Of a stretch of DNA of 32,744 nt, positions 26,901 through 32,744 are shown in pieces; position 1 is the first letter of the stretch; the number at the start of each line of letters is the position of its first letter. Both the position numbers and the translations under genes were made by a program. The notes under the pieces are model-generated. The model did not search any database. It was not told the DNA's origin and saw only the letters and a list, made by a program, of their open reading frames with translations. The DNA lies in contig BQXS01010821.1 of assembly GCA_024181965.1 (NCBI GenBank), forward strand, positions 1 through 32,744, in the 5' to 3' direction. This stretch comes from Aduncisulcus paluster (taxonomy: Eukaryota).

Positions 26901-28159
26901 CCAGAGGAAAGACTTGATGTCTCACCGGAAGACGATATAATTTTATCCATATATTGGCAAGAAATGTTTTTAATTTGAAGTTCCATTGATCCATTAACCT
27001 GGCATAACATCCGTTCACGAACTACCGCTTCAAGGGACATGAGAGAAACACGACGAGGCTCAGGAAGAGGTGGTAGACGAGCAGACAGATCGACAGTAAT
27101 AAGTTTGTTTCGAGAGAAAAACTCCTTTCGTTTTTTAAGTGCAATATAAGCTCGAATAAACACATCTTCCGCACTGCCTTCGCCCAAGATAAGGTCATAA
27201 ACAAGCGTTGGAGAGGAATTAGAAATATCTTTGAGCATAGAATCAGAGTTAAGCTGCCATATCCTTTTGGCCTCTCGTTTCCACTTTGACAAACACTCTT
27301 CAGAAAATTCTGACGATTGAAGCTTCTTTTCCAGGTCAGCCTCATCAAGGAAATCTGTTCTTGACGGATCTGAGGAAACCGATGCATGGAATTTCCTCAA
27401 CTCTTCCTTCCAACCCGATTCAAAATGTTTTTTTCTCGCAGAAGTTGTTATTTTTTGACTGTCTGTAGCCCAAGGAATTGCGTGAGTTATAATTCGAATG
27501 TCGGTTGGTGGAATAAAAATATCCTTTTCTTCTGCTGGACCATGAGATGAAAGCTTTTGATTTATAAATTGCGATTGCTCTCTCGTTATCGTTTTAAGAC
27601 CCAAACTCTGCCTCATATCACGGGTTATCGGAGAATCTAGCTGTAAAACGGTAAAAAAGGGAATTGATATAATTGTCGAATGATTAAAGGTTTTGCCAGG
27701 TCTAATATCAATAATATGAAATGGAGAGGCTATGGGGGAATATTTTATGTTTGTAAAGCCATATTTGATGGCAAATTGCTGTGATGGTTCAATATTATCA
27801 AGGGATAGCTTTTCTAAATTATTTGAAAGAGAAGGAGATTCAACAGAGTATTTTGGAGACTTTCCTAAGGCAAAATGTACAATAGCGTCAACCAATTCCA
27901 GTTTTCGACAATATTTGAAATTACGGACATTTTTCATACAGGCGGATGAAAGAGTTTGTCTGTACTTGCTCAAGTCTGAATTATCTCTGAATACTTCAAG
28001 AATACTCTTCAATTCACTGACACGAAGACGATAGTTCAAACGAGTTCGATCAACAAGAAGAGCATTGAGAGCAGAATTGGAAATATTTGGAATTTTAGCT
28101 CTAATAGCAGTTTTCAACTCGGCAATAACCCTTGTTGTCATAAATGTCGAAAGAGCCAT
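23930..28159 (-). CDS. SP-RING (zf-MIZ) domain protein, PIAS/Siz-like E3 SUMO ligase
   Basis: SP-RING: VSLPITCPLLRGMCKIPARSEHCQHKTCFDLESFL...YQCPCCLKSIALDDLIVD, preceded by acidic EEDSDLEE. SAP-like N-terminal LRVSELKSIL...RKLELVDAI. SIM-like DDDVEIISIE and C-terminal DDPWEID. First ATG at 28159. Confidence 0.88.
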   Translation of the reverse strand: MALSTFMTTRVIAELKTAIRAKIPNISNSALNALLVDRTRLNYRLRVSELKSILEVFRDNSDLSKYRQTLSSACMKNVRNFKYCRKLELVDAIVHFALGKSPKYSVESPSLSNNLEKLSLDNIEPSQQFAIKYGFTNIKYSPIASPFHIIDIRPGKTFNHSTIISIPFFTVLQLDSPITRDMRQSLGLKTITREQSQFINQKLSSHGPAEEKDIFIPPTDIRIITHAIPWATDSQKITTSARKKHFESGWKEELRKFHASVSSDPSRTDFLDEADLEKKLQSSEFSEECLSKWKREAKRIWQLNSDSMLKDISNSSPTLVYDLILGEGSAEDVFIRAYIALKKRKEFFSRNKLITVDLSARLPPLPEPRRVSLMSLEAVVRERMLCQVNGSMELQIKNISCQYMDKIISSSGETSSLSSGTTIRTTERISCPPPATHKSVSFPSNTIVTDFTDQFIKLLYPRVSQWLVQIKKKIYQNRMLSILESMSPEEKKEFNKLSLEKRRSQIWDRIHELGPNSLFEIVKACQGITTNVTININLSLPFFSNYDLQYEEKKHFGPDAVNHIQYAKNRNFGAVFRFAIKNDIPKICRIVMNKSGVHSSISDKLLMKKSPEKKEEEVEEEEEVEVQSVNNSQSLIIEQPAENNVGDPINPKAPVITDSSSTIVHQDESTASVDNEGTKGEEHEQRESEEKRGEEKRGEEGERKGVSYVQSQSTKTEEHEPGAIPHRFNSWIDSFVKSIPSLVFLQHNDDDRHDADTTISPDSKPFNNDAELRLRFIEQIKASISTKLSSKPPPPPPVTQPPPPKSVPPPKFVPPAHSPDIGSSSQRVNNESVGIGTTSKREYVPASQLYRQNSTVPTSGGQTVGTRTMTTTSGVLQHDKSDKTSTVAPVGSVRSRFVQVARDDRFQKQSTSASVTSKPVRFYVNALPSFPSWKYDYYLKDDEKHLSLLGKKQPSLKKREKSILEKLSNQSLPLLSYQKKKKDEKDEEDSDLEECMVSLPITCPLLRGMCKIPARSEHCQHKTCFDLESFLFLSLYSKKYQCPCCLKSIALDDLIVDTDFLSVLLDPRVQQRKIDDIPVRELTEDEKNEILILYDSFIGKNQTEIGNGDIRVLPKLSLFEMVKLEYYLPKYIIDVPKLEQALASVTSAGSSEEDLNGESDDSESSSDDSWANALEEDQRARGGESNASGAGGSSLGTIGKRRISEAGNGKDDNEKKRNEAEKEAERRFEQIRRDIFRREVLEEEGEEPPYWYRARRLPDEYSDDDYDDSLFEGAIDHRHRHLPYMTRLIEQAAARASRDRRLPFLAQAPPRYHIGPISNATSVAPMEEDDDVEIISIENDFPVVPQRPPITHSSSGALENPLESVGQADEVFSLPSAVSNPQSETPNRNSNSSFAPPGTGTIDDPWEID

Positions 28160-28835
28160 CACTTATAATCAATAGAACGAGGGGAAACAATTTATGGAAT
28201 ATATAAAGTAAAGAATATGAAAAAATATAACAAGAATTAATATATTCGACTAATAAATATAGAAATATCTAATTAAAAATCTTTATAGTCAATAGCTCTC
28301 CCAAAAAAGGAGATTTTACGATTGGATCGATAATATGAAAAAAAATATTTCGAAATCCAATTGTTTTTAATTCTATAACCATTATAAAAATTGTTAATAT
28401 TTACAAATATAAGTTTTAATTATTAGATAATGAGATGTCTTTCAATATCTTTCCCAAGCGATTGTCGAAAGTAGTATATGATTTATATTACATTTTTTAT
28501 CATTTATATGAGCAGTTTGTTCCGGATTCCCATTTTTAATCACCATATTAATAAAGAATACCGTACTACGGTCAAAGTATTGATTTTTTTTCCTTTGACC
28601 TTTAAATAATAGTCTTGTCATGGGCAATAATAAAAACAAAATGGGATCTAACTTCCAATTTATACAGTTGATCATCAATATTATGCGATTTCCATGATTT
28701 ATTGGCTATAGACGCATATTAAAGGCAATTGTGAAAAAATTATTTAATGCAATAATCTATATCTCCTATTTATTGTAATCTCAATATTTATTTTTTGATT
28801 TTCTTATCATACTTTGTTTTGCAAAAAATCAATTG

Positions 28836-30611
28836 ATGTTGGAACTCTTTGGAACACAAATGAGGGTTGTTCTTCTAAAAGGTAAACAAGAAACATCTGT
28901 TGTGCAAAATATTAATGCTTGTTATTCTATTTCAAGTCTTTTAGCCACTACTCTTGGACCTAGAGGATGTGATAAACTTATCACTGAACTTAATGGGCAT
29001 ACAACATCCAGTAACGATGGAGCTACCATCATTAAATTGCTTGATGTTGTCCATCCTGCTGCTAGACTTCTTCTCGATATTTCAACTTCTCAGGATGTCG
29101 AGATTGGAGATGGAACCACAACTGTTGTTCTGATTGCTGGAGAGCTTCTCTCTGCTGCCAAACCTTTTATTCATGATGGTGTTCACCCTCGTCCTTTGAT
29201 TGAAGCTTTTAGAAAGTCTTGCGCCTTGTGTGTTGATCACTTGAAAAAAGTTGCCATCAAACCTGAAGGAGCCAGAGGAACTCCTGAATTCCGTGATCGT
29301 TTGAAGAAATTGGCCTCTACAGCCATGAATAGTAAGCTTATTTCAGCTCATAAGGGTTTGTTTTCCGAAATTGTTGTATCAGCTATTGAAGGTCTTGATG
29401 AGGACCTTGATCTTGATATGATTGGTATCAAAGAAGTTCTTGGAGGTTCTTTGTCCGATTCTGTTCTCATTGACGGAATTGCTTTTGAAAAATCATTCTC
29501 ATATGCTGGTTTTGAACAGCTCCCCAAGATATTCAAAGATCCCATCATTTCTTGTGTTCACATCGAATTAGAGAAAAAAGCTGAGAGAGATAATGCCCAA
29601 GTTAAGCTCGATGACCCTGAGAAATATAGGGAAATTATTGAAGCCGAGTTCAAGCGTCTCTACACTCAACTCGATGATATTATCTCATGTGGTGCCAATG
29701 TAATTCTTTCTGATCTTCCAGTTGGTGATCTTGCCACTCAATACTGTGCCAAATATGGTGTTTTCGTTGCTGGAAGGATTGATTCTACTGATCTTAAGAG
29801 AGTTGCTGATGCCACTCATTCTAAGATTATTTCCTCAACCTCTGGTCTCAAGGCCTATAAAAAGAAGTTTGAAGAGTTAAAAAAGGCTGATCCTGATACC
29901 AAACATGCTATTTTTGGAACTTGTAAGAAATTCGAAGAAACCCAAGTCGGTAAAAAAAGATACAGTAACTTCACCGGATGTCCCTCCCACACCGCCCGTA
30001 CTATCATTCTTCGTGGTGGTGCTGAACAATTTATCAAGGAGACTGAGCGTTCCCTTCATGATGCTCTCGAAGTTGTCCGTAGAGCCATTAAAGCTCCCGA
30101 TATGGTTGCTGGAGGTGGTGCCATTGACATGCAATTAAGTTGTATGCTGAGGAAACATGCTAAAACCATTCCTGGAAAAGAGCAAGTGTTCATGAAGGCT
30201 TTCGCTGATGCTCTTGAAATCATCCCTCGTCAGCTCAGTTCCAACGCTGGTTTTGACATTACCAAGGTTATGAACAAACTTCGTGCTGCTCACACCGTTG
30301 CCCAATCTGCTCCTGGTAAGGAACCTTGTTGGTTAGGTGTTGATATCGAAAGTGATAGTGATGTTTGTGATACCATGAAATCTCACGTGTGGGAGCCTGT
30401 TTTAATCAAACTTAACGCCATTAAGAGTGCTACTGAGGCCGCTTGTATGATTTTGTGTGTTGATGAAACCATTTCTGCCCCTCAGGACGATGCCCAACAA
30501 CTTAGAGAAGGAAGAGAGAGACAAGCCATGATCAAGAGAAGGTTGGATGCTGCCGGTATGCAAGGCCATGTCGGAGGAATGCAAGCTTTCCAAGGAAGAG
30601 GAGGAAAATAA
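28836..30611 (+). CDS. CCT7: T-complex protein 1 subunit eta (CCT7), cytosolic chaperonin
   Basis: Group II chaperonin motifs TLGPRG.DK, NDGATI, VHPAA, EIGDGTTT. Eta-specific FEKSFSYAGFEQ.PK, AERDNA, LPVGDLATQY, LRGGAEQFIKETERSLHDA, VWEP, and a Gly/Arg tail. An alternative start lies at ATG 28860. Confidence 0.95.
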   Translation: MLELFGTQMRVVLLKGKQETSVVQNINACYSISSLLATTLGPRGCDKLITELNGHTTSSNDGATIIKLLDVVHPAARLLLDISTSQDVEIGDGTTTVVLIAGELLSAAKPFIHDGVHPRPLIEAFRKSCALCVDHLKKVAIKPEGARGTPEFRDRLKKLASTAMNSKLISAHKGLFSEIVVSAIEGLDEDLDLDMIGIKEVLGGSLSDSVLIDGIAFEKSFSYAGFEQLPKIFKDPIISCVHIELEKKAERDNAQVKLDDPEKYREIIEAEFKRLYTQLDDIISCGANVILSDLPVGDLATQYCAKYGVFVAGRIDSTDLKRVADATHSKIISSTSGLKAYKKKFEELKKADPDTKHAIFGTCKKFEETQVGKKRYSNFTGCPSHTARTIILRGGAEQFIKETERSLHDALEVVRRAIKAPDMVAGGGAIDMQLSCMLRKHAKTIPGKEQVFMKAFADALEIIPRQLSSNAGFDITKVMNKLRAAHTVAQSAPGKEPCWLGVDIESDSDVCDTMKSHVWEPVLIKLNAIKSATEAACMILCVDETISAPQDDAQQLREGRERQAMIKRRLDAAGMQGHVGGMQAFQGRGGK

Positions 30612-30946
30612 ATTTAACTCAGTGTTTGATCCAACATATTGAAAAACTTTTATCCATCACAATTCCCTTGTCAGAGCAAAAATGTAATAAAAAAATAAAT
30701 ATCAAAGCTCAATAATCTTCAAAAAATGCTATATATTTCCGATATTCTAAGGGAAACATTAAAAGATTTATTATATCCATTTCTACGAACTTATTGAATG
30801 AAATTACTCGCAATTTTTTTATAGATTGCAGATTAAGTAAATTATCATTCATCGATATGCAGCAAAAATGGTTCCTTCCCCGATCTCTGGGAAATGGATC
30901 TGGTCTTGCAGATTTTGTCGCCAAAGCTCAGAATTTTATAATTAAA

Positions 30947-32744
30947 ATGGATGAACCAGTTGCCGAAACGCTTATCCCAAAGTTTGTAATTGGATTCAAT
31001 GGTATGTTTTCTTTGGCGCTTTCTTATTTTATGCAGTAATGAAAATCTAGGTTAGATTGGATTTTGGGGCTGTTTAACATATATATCAATCTTATTTACA
31101 AAATATTTTGTTTTCTTTTTTAATATAGGGAAAATCAATGATGGTGTGATATGTCATCCTGATGGAGAGCATGTTATTTCTTGTCTTGGTCGTTTTGTCA
31201 TAATTAGAACGCTTAGTAACTTCAAGTTAACGAAAAAAGTCTTGTCAGATCACACTCAGAATATCAATTGTATTACTATTTCTAATTCTGGACGTTATTT
31301 TGCCACTGCTACCAAAACTCATGAAGGGTTCACTTGTGAAATTTGTGTTTGGGATTTCGCTGAGTTAAAATTATTAAAACTTATTAAATATCATACTGAA
31401 GCCGTTGTTGATATTGCTTTCAGTGCCGATGAGACATCTCTTGTCACCGTTGGTGGTGAGTGTGATATGAGTCTTGTCGCCTGGGAAATAGATGGAACCC
31501 CTATTGCTAGAACCAAAATACCTGGAAGAAAGGTCAATTTCCTCAAAGCATTTACCGGTGACAGCGATTCTTTCCTTATGGGTGGAGCCACTCGTCTTGG
31601 TGTTTGGAAACTTGACAGAATTAAGAAAATATTCTCAGAAAACCTTGTATCCCTCGGTTCTCTCCGTAGAAATGCTACATGTGCTGTTGTATGTGAGGGA
31701 GATGAGGATGCTTTCATTGGGACTGCTAGTGGAGATGTTCTTCATGTATCTCTGTCTTCCCGCCTTTTCAAGAACTCTGCCCCAAAGAAGAAGCTTCTTT
31801 CTGGTGGTGTTACTGCTGTTTCTATCACCAAGAGGGGAGACATTATCCTCGGATCTGGTAGAGGAAAGATGGGCATATTAAGAAGAAGAAATATGACTGC
31901 TGTTCGTAGTCTTGACCTTCATGGTGCCATCACATCTCTCTCGACAACCTTTTCCCATGACCATATGATCGTTGCTACCAATACTGGATGCATCTACCTC
32001 ACCGATCAGGACACTCTTGACTCTGACCTCATTCACACTGCTCACTCTGACCCCATTAACGCTGTCGCCTTCCCTAAGGGCCACAGTGGAATCCTCGTGT
32101 CTGCTTCTGGCCACGAGATAAGGCTGTGGGATATGGAAGTAGGAGAAGAGAAACTTAGGATTAACGTTGCTGAGGTCACATTCTCCTGTGTTTGTGTGAG
32201 TGACGATGGTAAACAAGTCATTAGTGGCTGCTCTGATGGTAAGATCCGTGCTTTTGGCCCTCGTTCTGGAAGACTGCTATACGTGATTGACAATGCCCAC
32301 AGAGGCAATGTCACTGCTGTTAAGATGACATACGACTGTTCCCACATCATTTCCAGTGGTGAGGACAGTCTTGTCAATGTATGGAGAGTCACTCCCCAGA
32401 GCCGTACTCTTGTGAGATCTCTCCCAGGTCACGCTGGTGCTGTTCGTTCCTTAGCCATCATCCATACCCCCGAGGCTGGAACTGAGGCCTACAGTGGTGG
32501 TGCTGATGGAAATATCATTGCCTGGGATGTTACTAGCAAATTTATCTACACTCAACAGCTTCACGGTAGAGGAAGTGTGGCTTCAGTTATGGTCCACCCC
32601 GAAGGATACCAATGTGTCAGCGTTGGTGCCGATAAGCGTGTTGTCTGGTGGGACATTGGCCAAGGCGATGAAGTTCGTGTCCTTGATGGAACTGAAGGGG
32701 CCGAGGGTACTTGTGGAGCCATATCTCACAGTGGAGAATGGTTT
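30947..32744 (+). CDS. CFAP52: Cilia- and flagella-associated protein 52 (WDR16), WD40 protein; exon 1 30947-31001, exon 2 31129 to beyond the window end
   Basis: Spliced translation: MDEPVAETLIPKFVIGFNG|KINDGVICHPDGEHVISCLG...SNSGRYFA...GFTCEICVWD...AFSADE...DGKIRAFGPRSGRLLYVIDNAH...HPEGYQCVSVGADKRVVWWD. This matches CFAP52 hallmarks (VIGFNG, CHPD.EH, DGKIRAF.P..GRL.YVI.NAH, HPE..Q....G.D). It is absent from the ORF track because it has no stop in the window. Confidence 0.92.
31002..31128 (+). other. Spliceosomal GT-AG intron (127 nt, phase 1) in CFAP52
   Basis: Donor GTATGT, pyrimidine tract TTTTGTTTTCTTTTTT, acceptor ATATAG. It contains in-frame stops, and removal joins VIGFNG to KINDGVICHPD. 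Confidence 0.9.

Noticed and set aside
27919-27983. TAATT repeat bounding a 60-nt stretch in the SAP-like motif
   Set aside because: Only 5 bp and all A/T, and found by looking for it. Too weak to count as a third repeat-bounded segment.
2308-28325. CCAAT-like boxes upstream of folK, the ABCD gene and the SP-RING gene
   Set aside because: The pentamer is common in AT-rich DNA and the spacing is inconsistent.
1-32744. tRNA, rRNA, snRNA genes and alternative genetic code
   Set aside because: No recognisable RNA gene motifs by eye. Conserved genes read through without internal stops, and TAA, TAG and TGA all end genes.

Overview
Gene-dense, AT-rich, intron-poor eukaryotic genomic DNA using the standard code. 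It is not prokaryotic: it carries CCT7, CFAP52 with a GT-AG intron, and an SP-RING SUMO ligase. The unknown-protein families resemble, from memory only, the expanded families of the free-living fornicate Aduncisulcus paluster, so that taxonomic call is inference. Genes in order: the 3' end of an acidic/basic low-complexity protein; a 2-repeat beta-domain protein; a bacterial-type stand-alone folK; a secreted BPI/LBP-family protein whose 5' end is interrupted by a frameshifting segment; an unknown protein; a ~19-TM non-RD protein kinase broken by exact internal duplications; a 5-repeat beta-domain protein; a full-size ABCD transporter; a possible small membrane protein; a frameshifted lineage-family gene; an SP-RING (PIAS/Siz-like) E3 ligase; CCT7; and CFAP52, which runs off the window. 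Three 20-N gaps are each flanked by exact 247-279 bp duplications and look like scaffolding artefacts. Most notable observations: (1) short segments bounded by direct repeats near the 5' ends of the BPI-like gene (64 nt, CGAACC) and folK (72 nt, CCAAAATAA), whose exact removal restores family-typical proteins; (2) a palindromic TTCTA-n-TAGAA motif in all three convergent intergenic regions; (3) a fused ABCD transporter with a dileucine lysosomal-type signal and homogenised NBDs; (4) the polytopic non-RD kinase.
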